A DNA stretch of 63,835 nucleotides, counting the filler, from Reclinomonas americana ATCC 50394 (lineage: Eukaryota): NCBI GenBank assembly GCA_048213135.1. It is 16 parts of 16 records of this genome, joined end to end, with 100 filler letters (N's around TTAATTAATTAA, not from the genome) between each part and the next. Parts side by side here need not be neighbours in the genome. Positions count along the whole stretch, not along the records: positions 47,944 to 49,930 come from AFZH01018349.1; positions 50,031 to 51,706 come from AFZH01018350.1; positions 51,807 to 60,971 come from AFZH01018351.1; 13 more parts are not named here. The stretch is one strand, 5' to 3'. This document shows positions 48,553 through 60,971 of the stretch, one piece after another; the stretch's first letter is position 1; every line of letters starts with the position of its first letter. Under the pieces are notes generated by a model. It was not told the DNA's origin. It saw only the letters and a list, made by a program, of their open reading frames with translations, and made no database searches. The position numbers and the translations under genes are program-made.

Positions 48553-49930
48553 AGAGCACGGAGATGCATGCAAAACTTGAAACCGGATCCGAACACGTGC
48601 ACTGCACCTCTTCGCAGCCCACACCGATGCTTCTGCTCTGCCTCTTACAGCACAACGGAGGTGTTGGGTGACAACATGGAGCGCCTTTGTTGTCGTATGT
48701 GCGTGTGTGTGCCGTTGGGGACTGTCATCGTATTGCTAAGTATGGTAAGCAGTCTTGTTTGCATTGTTTGCAATGGTCTTACTCGAGTTAGTTACGCCAG
48801 TGCACCACAGAGATGTGTGCATGTGTGCCTCACGATCATCATCATTCATGCATGCGCATACATAAGCAAGAAACATGCGCGATCGTGCACGTGACAACCA
48901 GTCTGCTCGCGACGCACTCGCTGCGCTGCGTGCATACACAGTGCGTACACGAGCTGCTCGGGTTCTGGTGGTAGCACGTCATCTCACTTGTCTGCCTGCC
49001 GGCATTCCCGATAAGGGACTCAAATCCGTGCGTGTCCGGACCAACAGTGCAACAAGATCTGTGGCAACATCCACGGCGACAGTGACAGTCATGTGTCGTG
49101 AAAGGTGGCATATCCGCGAATCAAACTTATACCTCCACGTCTGCTGGCCGTGGCCGGTTGACTGGAGGTGGTAGAAGAGACAATACCATCCTTCCCGGTT
49201 TGGAAAGCGAACCTTCTTATTGACTTCTTATCTGCGTGCGTGAGAGCACACACAACAAACACACGCTCAGTTGTCTCTCTTTTTGTTTCACAGAACCGTG
49301 CTTGTATACGACAAGATCGCAGCAGTCTGTCTGTCTGTGCGTGCTCATAAGGTGAGCAAGGCAGCACTCCATCACAACAAAATTGTTGAAACTCCGCAGC
49401 GCTTGCGCGCGCTTCACACACATACACACACACACACACACACAAGCATGCACAACACACACACGCACACACGCACGTTCTTGCCAACTGTGTGCACGAA
49501 GAGAGGGTGGAAGGCACTAGGAAGGGGCGCACTTTTTCTTGTGTCGCGCATTTCCGCCGCGCAGCGCTTGTTGCAATTGCACATTTTTGTCTGCAGCTGG
49601 CGCGCGCGCGCACTTTGTTTCTTACGCCGCATTACGACGCAGATACTCAAAGGAGTGTGATCAAGCATGCGAGTGACAATGAAAACCGCAGCATGGACAA
49701 GTACTAGTGTGCTTGTCGCGCTGCTGGTGGCCATGGCCATTATGGCACCCGCGGCCACTGTGTCAGCCATGCAAGTGCCAAAGCCCGCGTGTTGCGTTGT
49801 GCTGTATCTTGCCACTCTCCTTTAGATCGTCTTCCTTTCGAGGCTCTGTGCACGCGTGACTTGTCGCAATGTGCAACGTTTCTGAAACAGCATAACTCAT
49901 TTGCGCGCGGAATTTGTTGTCTGTTTTTTT
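48553..49930 (+). repeat. Segmental duplication, copy A (direct repeat of 59569-60971)
   Basis: Collinear near-identity, e.g. AACTTGAAACCGGATCCGAACAC, CTGCCTGCCGGCATTCCCGATAAGGGACTCAAATCC and GCATAACTCATTTGCGCGCGGAATTTG. Confidence 0.95.
49667..49790 (+). CDS. Signal-peptide-encoding first exon of a secreted/surface protein, copy A
   Basis: MRVTMKTAAWTSTSVLVALLVAMAIMAPAATVSA-MQ. Copy B starts at 60711 and has an in-frame 6-nt deletion. Confidence 0.6.
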
Positions 49931-50030
49931 NNNNNNNNNNNNNNNNNNNNNNNNNNNNNNNNNNNNNNNNNNNNTTAATTAATTAANNNNNNNNNNNNNN
50001 NNNNNNNNNNNNNNNNNNNNNNNNNNNNNN

Positions 50031-51706
50031 TTGATGGCGTCACCAAACTGGCTGTCTGTGTTGTCGTGCTGCCGGCGTGTGTCGTCTCTGCACCACACGA
50101 AGTGGGTCAGACAATGAGATGACAAATGCAGCTCCAACCAAACAGGAGATGATGGAAACGCACCTCCCGCCAACATGACGAATCCACTGTTGTTGGTGCT
50201 GTCGGGGCGCGCCGGTGCCACAGCAAAGCGCGCGCACACCGCCTCCATGCGTGAGTCGCCGCTCACCGTCCCCTTTAGTGCAAAATTGGAGCGCGAGGCT
50301 AAGCTGCTTGTCACCGAAAAGTTGTCGCCGCGAACGCGACCATCGTCACTACCACTCGACTGCCGGCGCCGCATCGACAGCACACCAATGACGGCCACGG
50401 GAACGGCAGGCACCGATGCAAACTGGTACGTAGACGACACACTCAACAGCTACGAACCGTCAGCGGGTCAGTTAACACAATCCCACACAACCGCATCGCA
50501 CGACTAAACCACGCAACAGTCGAACTGCTCTTGTCCACCGCATCCGACAACCACGACTTGTTCGTCAACGTGCGCTGACCATCCATCGTCAGCGCATTCG
50601 TCTGGTGCACATAGTACGCCAGGTAGCCTGCATGCACAGTACAGGAAGGATGAGTCACACTTTATCTCACACGTCTCCTCCTCCATCTAACATCGCCAGT
50701 AAACGCAACTCAGCGTGACGGTGGGTCCCGGTCGACCGTCCGTGGACACGCCATAGCAACGAGTCGACAGCCTCGCCACAGTGACCTCGGGTGCCGCGCA
50801 GAACGCAAACGTGCCGTCAGTCGGTTCGTTGGCCAGCGTGGAAATGCTCTCATCGATCTGACTGCCGACACTGGAGAAGCCGAGCAACACGCGCGGACGG
50901 CGAAAGAACTCGCGAGCAAACGTGAACTGAATCGTGCTTGTCGTCACCGCCAGCAGCGACACGATTGGCTTGGCCTTGAGATTAGCGGCCAACGGAGCTG
51001 ATGTGAGCGTCGGACCGCCCGCACTCAGTCCACCGTCCGTCATGAAGCCGGAGGTAAACGTCTCTCCCGCCGACACGTACGGTCCGTTGTTGGCCGCCAC
51101 ACACAGCTTGTACGCACCGCCGCCGCTAGACCCATTCGGCGTGATGGTTGCGCGGAACAGCCGGCAGCCGGTGCTGAACTTGCAGGTATCGGCACCGCCG
51201 CGCGCAAACACCGCACCCACACTGCCCGTCAGCGTCGAGTAGTCCGACAAAGCGGAGCAATTTGCGCCGGCCGGCACCAGCTTGAAGCTCGTGCAATCGG
51301 TGAAGTTATCTGCGGCGGAGCCGATTACAATCGAGTTGGCACTGCCATACTTGAGCTCGAGGACAGGCGGAGCTGCGAACGAGACCACTGGCGCCGATGA
51401 AGCGGCGGTGACGATGATCGGGACAGCCTGCAGGCGGTACACAGAGATGCCACCGGCCTGGAACCTGGAGGTGGCGAGAAAAAGGGCAGGGTGAATGAGA
51501 GAGAGAGAGAGAAAAGTAGTGGAGAGAAAAACAGCGAAGAGTTCTTCGGTGACGATCAAACGCCATCCATCAGTCAAGAAGGTGCCAAAAGGCCAGTGCC
51601 TCTCTCTGCCTCCCCCCCGCGCCAACGCAACTTGCCACACATATAGTACACGCCCGGTGTCACCAGCGTGCACGAGCCAGTTGCTGTCGCACCGAGCGCA
51701 CCCTGT
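50031..51706 (-). CDS. Extracellular protein segment (possible H-type-lectin-like domains), reverse-complement paralogue of 61072-62722
   Basis: FQAGGISVYRLQAVPIIV..GGGAYKLCVAANNGPY..TIQFTFAREFFRRPRVLLGFSSV..YQFASVPAVPVAVIGVLSM. The segment is bounded by gaps on both sides. Confidence 0.65.
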
Positions 51707-51806
51707 NNNNNNNNNNNNNNNNNNNNNNNNNNNNNNNNNNNNNNNNNNNNTTAATTAATTAANNNNNNNNNNNNNNNNNNNNNNNNNNNNNNNNNNNNNN
51801 NNNNNN

Positions 51807-54800
51807 GTGTGTACTGCGAATGGCAGCAGCTGTTCTGTCGACGAGGAGTGCTGCTCGGATAGTGTGTGCACCTACGGTACCTGTACGGTTTCGTGCGATG
51901 CCGCCACCACGTGCTTCGGTCACGGAACATGCCAGAGTGACGGCGCGTGTCTGTGCGCTGGCGACTACACCAATGCCAACTGCAACTGCAGTCTCACCGC
52001 CACGTGCTCTGGTCACGGTACATGCAAGACTGACGGCACGTGTCAGTGCACCGGCGATTACACCAATGCCATCTGCAATTGCAGTCCGGCCACCACCTGC
52101 TCTGGTCACGGAACGTGCAAGAGTGACGGTACTTGCCAGTGCTCGGGCGACTACACCAATGCCAGTTGCAACTGCAGTTCCGACCTCACATGTTCTGGAC
52201 ACGGTACCTGTGGCGCCGACGGTACGTGCAGCTGCACGAGTCCGTGCAGTGGTGAGTAGTCCTGTTGTTCTTCTTGATCGTGAATTCGTTGTAATTGCTG
52301 AGTTTATTGGTATGCACAGGTTCGTCGTGCTCAATCAGCCCCAGTACGTGGAATTCTCATGATTCCGAGCGCAACTGGCGGTCTGTGGCCTCTAGCAGTG
52401 ACGGCTCGAAGCTGGTGGCTGTTGAGCAAGGCGGTCAGATCTACACCTCCACCGATTCTGGCGCTACGTGGACGCCTCACGATTCCAATCGAGACTGGCG
52501 ATCTGTGGCCTCCAGCAGCGACGGCACCAAACTGGTGGCCGTAGAGCACAGTGGTCGGATTTACACCTCCACTGATTCTGGTATGACATGGACGTCCCCA
52601 GAGGTCTTTGACACCTGGAATTTTGCGGCCTCCAGCAATGACGGTACCAAGTTGGTGGCTGTCGCTAATGGTCTGATCTACACCTCCACCGACTCTGGCG
52701 TGATGTGGACGGCTCGAGATACCTATCGCAACTGGACCGCTGTGGCCTCCAGCAGTGACGGCACCAAGTTGGTGGCTGTAGTGGGATTTGGTCAGATCTA
52801 CACCTCCACTGACTCGGGTGAGACGTGGACAGCTCGTGATGCAGATCGCCCGTGGGTGTCGGTTACCTCCAACGGGGACGGCACCAAGCTGGTGGCCGTA
52901 GTGGAATTCGGTCAAATCTACACCTCCGCTGACTCGGGCGAGACGTGGACGGCTCGTGATGCAGATCGTGCGTGGGTGTCGGTGGCCTCCAGCAGTGACG
53001 GCACCAAGCTGGTGGCTGCGGATGACGGTGGTCAGATTTATACCTCCTCTGATTCGGGCGAGACATGGACGGCTCGTGAAAGCAGTCGTCAGTGGCGTGG
53101 AGTGGCGTCGAGTAGTGACGGTACCAAGCTGGTGGCTGCTGCGAGTGGCGGTCAGATTTACACGCTGAACCTCGGCGCATGCTCGCCGTGCTCGGGCCAC
53201 GGCACCGTCAATCCGACTGACCACTCATGCCAATGTGCCGATGACTATACGAATGCCACCTGCAACTGCAGCCCCAGCATCACGTGCTCCGGTCACGGAA
53301 CGTGCAAGACTGACGGCACATGCCAGTGCGACGCAGACAATTTCGGTGCCTCGTGCAATGTGCACTGCGTGGCAGCCACAACGTGCTCCGGTCATGGAAC
53401 GTGCAACAGTGACGGCGCGTGCCTGTGCGACGCAGACTATTACGGTGCATCGTGTAACGTTAACTGTATGGCGGCCACGACGTGTTCCAGCAACGGAACA
53501 TGCCAGAGCGACGGCACGTGCCTGTGTACTGGGGATTACACCAATGCCAACTGCAACTGCAGTCCCACCATAACGTGCCCTGGTCATGGAGCGTGCAACA
53601 GTGACGGCTCGTGCCGGTGCTCGGGCGACTTCACCAATGCCAGTTGCGACTGCAGTCCTACCGTCACGTGCTCTGGCCACGGAACGTGCAACAGTGACGG
53701 CTCATGCCAGTGCACTGGCGACTACACCAATGCCAGCTGCAACTGCAGTCCGTCGGTGACGTGCTCTGGCAATGGAACATGCAACAACGATGGATCGTGC
53801 GCGTGCACCGCTGGCGCTGATTATTATGGTGCGTCGTGTGTGCACTGTGTGGCTGCCACGACGTGCTCGGGTCGTGGTACTTGTAGTGCTGACGGAACGT
53901 GCAGCTGCGCGAGCCCATGGGGTGGTGAGTGGTGAAGTTGTTGCTTGTTGTTGTCGTGAATCGTCGTGCATGAAGACCAATGACTTGTATCGCTCGCGAA
54001 ATACAGGTTCCGCATGCTTGGTGGCACTTGGCCTGGAGTGCCCTGCGAGTACGACTCGAGCTTTCGGATTCACAGGTGACTGGCGATCTGCTGCCTCGAG
54101 CAGCGACGGCTCCAAGTTGGTGGCGGTTATGAACTACCTAAATTACGAGCCCAGCAGCTCTGGTCAGATTTTCACCTCCACTGACTCTGGCGCGACGTGG
54201 ACGGCTCGCGAAACCAGTCGCAGCTGGTCGGCAGTGGCCTCCAGCAGCGACGGCACCAAGCTGGTGGCTGCAGTCAGTGGTGGTGGTCTGATTTACACCT
54301 CCACCGACTCCGGCGTTACGTGGACGGCTCGTGATAGCAATCGCGATTGGATAGCTATGGCCTCCAGCAGTGACGGCACCAAGTTGGTGGCTGCTGTGCG
54401 GAACGGTCAGATCTACACCTCCACTGACTCTGGCGCGACGTGGACCGCTCGTGATTCCAATCGAAACTGGACTGTAGTGGCCTCCAACAGCGACGGCACC
54501 AAGCTGGTGGCTGGTGTGAACATTGACCACATTTACACGTCCGCTGACTCTGGCGTGACGTGGACCGCTCGTGATTCCATTCGCCATTGGGCTGGAGTGG
54601 CCTCCAGCAGTGACGGTACCCAGCTGGTGGCCGTAGTGTACTTTGGTTGGATTTACACGTCCACTGACTCTGGCGTGACGTGGACCGCCCGCGAGTCCCA
54701 GCGATACTGGGGGGCAGTGGCCTCCAGCAGTGACGGCGCGAAGCTGGTGGCTACGGATAGCTTTGGCGGTCGGATCTACACCTCCACTGACTCTGGCGTG

Positions 54801-57800
54801 TCGTGGACGGTTCGTGAATCCGATCACAGCTGGCAGTTTGTGGTCTCCAGCAGTGACGGCACGAAACTGCTGGCTGGCGTATCCAATAGCCACCTTTACA
54901 CCTCCACTGACTCCGGTGTGACGTGGACATCTGGTGCTGTGACTCTTGTGCCCGTTAGTTGGACTTCGGTGGCCTCCAGCGTTAACGGAGCCAGACTGGT
55001 GGCTGTAGCAAACGGTGGCCATATATACACCTCACCTGATTCTGGCGTGACGTGGACGGCGCGTGATTCTAGTCGCAGCTGGCGGGCTGTGGCCTCCAGC
55101 AGTGACGGCGCCAAGCTTGTGGCGGCGGTGAAAAGTGGTTTTCTTTATACTTCCGCTGACTCTGGCGCGACATGGACAGCGCGCGATTCCGGTCGCAACT
55201 GGCAGTCTGTGGCCTCCAGCAGTGACGGCACCAAGCTAGTGGCGGCAGTGCTAGACGGGCAGATCTACACCTCCGCTGACTCTGGCGTGACGTGGACAGC
55301 TCGGGAGACCAATCGCCGCTGGTTCTCTGTGGCCTCCAGTAGTGACGGCACCAAGCAAGTGGCGGCAGCGCAAGACGGCCAGATCTACGCCTCCACTGAC
55401 TCGGGCGTGACGTGGATAGCTCGGGAGTCCAATCGCCGCTGGTTCTCTGTGGCCTCCAGTAGTGACGGCACCAAGCAAGTGGCGGCAGCGCAAGACGGCC
55501 AGATCTACACCTCCGCTGACTCTGGCGTGACGTGGATAGCTCGGGAGTCCAATCGCCGCTGGTTCTCAGTGGCCTCCAGCAGTGACGGCACCAACCTCGC
55601 GGCTGTTGAACAAACTGGTCTGATCTATACCTCCTCTGACTCTGGTGAGACGTGGACAGCTCGAGATATCGCTCGTAGCTGGGTAGCAATGACCTCCAAC
55701 GGCGATGGCACAAAGCTGGTGGCTGCGGTGCCGGGTGGCCCGCTATTCACACTGAATATTGGCGTATGTCTCTCGTGCTCTGACCACGGCGCACTCAATC
55801 CGAACGACGGCTCATGCCAGTGCACTGGTGATTACACGAGTACCCACTGCAACTGCAGTCCCACTGCGACGTGCTCTGGACACGGAGCGTGCAAGACTGA
55901 TGGCACTTGCCTGTGTGACGCGGACTATTATGGTGCGTCGTGCAGTGTGAGCTGTGTGGCGGCCACCACGTGCTCTGGCCACGGCACGTGCGAGAGCGGT
56001 GGAACGTGCCAGTGCGATGCTGACTATTACGGTGCATCTTGCAATGTAAAGTGTGTTGCAGCTACGACGTGCTCTGGAAACGGCACGTGCAACAACGATG
56101 GATCGTGCCAGTGCACGGGTGACTACACCAATGCCAGCTGCAACTGCAGTCCCAGCACTACGTGCTCCGGACACGGAACGTGCAATAGTGACGGCACTTG
56201 CCAGTGCGACGCTGACTATTACGGTGCCTCGTGCACTGTGAACTGTGTGGCAGCTACGACGTGCTCTGGAAATGGCACCTGTGGCACTGATGGATTGTGC
56301 GTCTGCACGAGTCCATGCACCGGTATGTAGTACAGTTATTACTGATTGTGATTCCATTTCGTGCCGTCGCTTACTTTGATGTTGTACATAGGGCCTTCGT
56401 GTGCAGTCAGCCCCAGTGCTTGGAATGCTCGTGATTCCAACCGCAACTGGCTGTCAGTGGCCAGTAGCGGTGACGGCACCAAGCTAGTGGCGGCAGTGCA
56501 AGACGGGCAGATTTATACCTCCACCGATACTGGTGTTATATGGACAGCTCGCGATTCCGGTCGCGGATGGTTTTCGGTGGCCTCGAGTAGTGACGGCACC
56601 AACCTGGTAGCTGCTGAGTATACTGGTAGAGTCTACACGTCCACTGACTTTGGTGTGATATGGACAGCTCGCGATTCCGATCGCAGATGGGTGTCGGTGG
56701 CCTCCAGTAGTGACGGCACCAAGCTGGTTGCTGTGGAACAAGTTGGTCAGATATACACGTCCACTGACTCTGGCGTGACATGGACGGCTCGTGATTCCGT
56801 TCGCAACTGGTTCTCGGTGGCCTCCAGCAGTGACGGCACCAAGCTGGTAGCCGCTGTGGAAGATGGTCAGCTTTACACGTCCACTGACTCTGGCGTGACG
56901 TGGACAGCTCGTGATGCAGATCGCGCGTGGATATCAGTGGCCTCGAGCAGTGACGGCACCAAGCTGGTGGCTGTGGTATTTGGTGGTCGGATTTACACCT
57001 CCTCTGATTCTGGCGTGATATGGACTGCTCACGAGTCCAATCGTATCTGGGTATCAGTGGCCTCCAGCAGTGACGGCACCAATTTGGTGGCTGTTGTCAT
57101 CGAAGGTCAGATTTACACATCCACTGACTCGGGTGTGACGTGGACAGCTCGCGAGTCCAATCGCTCATGGAGATCGGTGGCCTCCAGCAGTGACGGTACC
57201 AAACTGGTGGCTCTGGAATATGGTGGTCAGATTTACACTTTTGATCTCGGCATATGTTCAGTGTGCTCGGGCCACGGCACATTAAGCCCTATTGACGGCA
57301 CTTGTCAGTGCACTGGCGACTACAACAATGCCAGTTGCAACTGCAGTCCCAGCATCACGTGCTTTGGACACGGAACGTGCAAGACTGACGGCACTTGCCA
57401 GTGTGACGCTGATTATTACGGTGTCTCGTGCACTGTGAAGTGTGTGGCGGGCACGACGTGCTCCGCCCACGGAACATGCAAGACTGACGGCACATGCCTG
57501 TGCTCGGGCGACTACACCAATGCCAGCTGCAATTGCAGTCCCACTGCCACGTGCTCTGGTCACGGTACATGCAAAACTGACGGCACATGCCAGTGCACTG
57601 GCGACTATACCAATGCCATCTGCAACTGCAGTCCCACCACCACGTGCTCTGGTCACGGAACGTGCAATGTTGACGGGACGTGTCTGTGCACGGGTGACTA
57701 CACCAATGCCAGCTGCAACTGCAGTCCCAGCCTTACGTGCTCTGGTCACGGATCGTGCAAGACTGACGGCACTTGCCTGTGCGACGCTGACTATTACGGT

Positions 57801-58849
57801 GCCTCGTGCACTGTGAACTGTGTGGCGGCCACCACGTGCTCTGGACATGGCACTTGTGGCACCAATGGAACGTGTGTCTGCACGAGTCCGTGCACTGGTG
57901 AGTTTTGCCTTTGTTTCCTGATCGTGAATTTACTGCGTGCTGTTGCTGACTTTATTGTTTTCGCACAGGATCGTCGTGCTCAGTCAGCCCTTCTACTGCT
58001 CGAGATTCCATTCGCCAGTGGCAGTCTGTGGCCTCCAGCAGTGACGGCAGCAAGCTGGTAGCCGTGGTGCAAACTAGTGGTCAGATTTACACTTCTATCG
58101 ACGCTGGTGTGACGTGGACACCTCGTGATTCTAATCGCGACTGGCGATCGGTGGCCACCAGCAGCGACGGCTCCAAGCTGGTGGCTGTTGTAAGGAGCGG
58201 TCAGATTTACACGTCCGCTGACTCTGGTGTGACGTGGACTCCACGTGAATCCAATCGCCTGTGGGCCTCAGTAGCCTCCAGCGGTGACGGTAGCAAGCTG
58301 GTTGCTGTGGTGCAAAATGGTGGTCAGATTTACACCTCCGCCGACTCTGGCGTGAGTTGGGTGGCACGTGATTCCGGTCGAAACTGGACTGCAGTGGCCT
58401 CTAGCGGTGACGGCACCAAGCTTGTGGCTGCGGTGGTCTCTGGGCAGATCTACACCTCCACCGACTCTGGTGTGACATGGACGGCTCGTGATTCCAATCG
58501 AAGTTGGAAATCGGTGGCCTCGAGCAGCGACGGCACCAGACTGGTGGCAGTCGCGAATGATGGTGATCACGTTTACACATCGACTGATTCTGGCGTAACA
58601 TGGACATCCCGCGACTCCGCTCGCCAGTGGAGTGGTGTGGCCTCCAGCAGTGACGGTACCAAGCTGGTGGCTGTGGTATTCTCTGGTCAGCTCTTTACGT
58701 CAACTGACTCTGGTGTGACGTGGACGGCTCGCGACTCAAGTCGCATCTGGAGTGGTGTGGCCTCCAGCGGCGACGGCAGCAAGCTGGTGGCTGCTGTGCA
58801 AGGTGGTTTTCTTTACACTTTCGATCTCGGCGTATGCTCTTTGCTCTAG
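51807..58849 (+). CDS. Large extracellular protein of alternating EGF-like arrays and BNR/Asp-box beta-propellers (5 visible exons, 5' end in or before the gap)
   Basis: EGF repeats TCSGHGTCxxDGTCxCxxDYxxxxC and 35 copies of an approximately 40-aa repeat WxSVASSSDGTKLVAxxxxGQIYTSTDSGxTWTAR. Introns at 52252-52319, 53925-54006, 56323-56391 and 57898-57968. TAG at 58847-58849. Confidence 0.92.
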
Positions 58850-59164
58850 CCAAATTTTCCTGCGCTCTCTCGAGTCTCGACTCTCCTGGTGGTTCTCATT
58901 CTTCATTCATCTTCTGTCTCTGGGTCAGCCTCGGGCACACTTTTTCATTCGTTAACCATTGTATTCACTTGGTCAACTGTGCTGTGCTCGTCTACGGTTA
59001 CATGATAGCGCGACAACAATTCATTCATCAGCACGCAAGCGGCCGCTGTCTTGATGACCATGCCAACAGAGAAATACCAATCTTATTGACAGCAGCAATG
59101 TCGCTGCGACGTAAGCGCACCAAGATGAGCAACCAAATGTTGCCCTCATCGTCACGACGGCGGC

Positions 59165-59416
59165 ATTTGCTCGGAGGAGTCGATGCTCGACTGGGCGCAT
59201 CGAGTGGAGACCGCGGAGGATGACAAGTCGGCGGTGTACTTGGCCAAGGTGTTTTTCTTATACAGTTTTGCTGTTGTGAGATTTTGCTGCTCACACAGTT
59301 GTGTGCAGGCCAAGAAGTTTGTCGGGTGGCTAAAGGAGGCGGAGAGTGAGGAGGAGGAGGACGATGATGATGATGACGACGAGGAGGACGAGGAGGAGGA
59401 CGATGCAGATGAGTGA
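59165..59416 (+). pseudogene. Orphan W2-domain C-terminal fragment, copy B (one intron)
   Basis: ICSEESMLDWAHRVETAEDDKSAVYLAK, intron, LCVQAKKFVGWLKEAESEEEEDDD..-TGA. Both acidic/aromatic W2 boxes are present, but there is no room for the rest of the gene after 58849. Confidence 0.6.
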
Positions 59417-59568
59417 GCAACTGAGTAGTGATATCGATAGAGAGAGACAGGCGGTGGTTTGGGTGGCGGAAGGAGAGTGTAAGTGTCCAGCACAGAGCTC
59501 GGAGCTTTCACCTTTTGCCTTGCTCATCCTCTTTCCCTGGCAATCACACTCCTTCGTGCAGGTGAGAC

Positions 59569-60971
59569 AGAGCACGGAGATATGCATGCATAACTTGAAA
59601 CCGGATCCGAACACTGCACATCTTCGCAGACCTTTTTTCCAGTGTGATGCCCACCGATGCTTCTGCGCATGCTCTGTCTCTTATAGCACAACGGAGGTGT
59701 TGGGTGACAACATGGAGCGCCTTTGTTGTCGTGTGTGTGTGTGTGTGTGTGTGTGTGCCGTTGGGGACTGTCATATGCATCGTTTTGCTAGGTATGGTCA
59801 TACTCTGCGAGGGATCTGCTCAGCAGTGTCGTTGGCAATGGTCTTGCTCGAGTTAAGCACCACAGAGAAGTGTGCATATGTGCCTCATGATTATCATCAT
59901 TCATGCATGCGCATAAGCAAGAAACAAGCGCGATCGTGACAACCAGTCTGCGCACGACGCACTCGCTGCGCTGCGTGCATACACAGTGCACACACGAGCT
60001 GCTCGGGTTCTGGTGGTAGCACAGCACCTCGTCTCACTTGTCTGCCTGCCGGCATTCCCGATAAGGGACTCAAATCCGTGCGTGTCCGGACCCGCAGTGC
60101 AACAAGATCTGTGGCAACATCCTCGTCGACAGTGACAGTCAGGTGTCGTAAAAGGTGGCATCTGCGCGAATCGAACCTATACCTCCACGTCTGCTGGCCG
60201 TGGCCGGTTGACTGGAGGTGGTAGAAGAGACAATACCATCCTTCCCGGTTTGGCAAAAGCGAACTCTCTCTTATTGATTTCTTTAGATCTTATCTGCGCG
60301 CGTGAGAGCACACACAACAAACACAGCTGTCTCTCTCTTTTTGTTTCACAGAACCGTGCTTGTATACGATAAGATCGCAGCAGTCTGTCTGTCTGTGCGT
60401 GCTCATAAGGTGAGAAAGGCAGCAGTAGTACGTGCATGTGCGCGCGCACAACACAAAATTGTTGAAACTCCGCGCGCGCGCTTCACACACACACATACAC
60501 ACGCTGCGTACACAACACACACACACGCACGTTCTTGCCAACTGTGTGCACGTAGAGGGGGTGGAAGGCACTAGGAAGGGGCGCACTTTTTTCTTGTGTG
60601 TCGCGCATTTCCGCTGCGCTTGCACATTTTTGTCTTGCTGCGCATATGCGCGCGCACTTTGTTTCTTACGCCGCATTACGACGCAGATACTCAAAGGAGT
60701 GTGATCAAGCATGCGAGTGACAATGACAACCGCAGCATGGACAAGTGTGCTTGTCGCGCTGCTGGTGGCCATGGCCATTATGGCACCCGCGGCCACTGTG
60801 TCAGCCATGCAAGTGCCAAAGCCCGCGTGTTGCGTTGTGTTGTATCTTGCCACTCTCCTTTAGATCGTCTTCCTTTCGAGGCTCTGTGCACGCGTGACTT
60901 GTCGCAGTGTGAAACGTTTCTGAAACAGCATAACTCATTTGCGCGCGGAATTTGTCGTCTGTTTTTTTTTT
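59569..60971 (+). repeat. Segmental duplication, copy B
   Basis: Direct repeat of 48553-49930. Confidence 0.95.

Noticed and set aside
52331..58607. Long antisense ORFs over the EGF/propeller gene
   Set aside because: These are shadow frames of a GC-rich repetitive coding sequence with no independent features.
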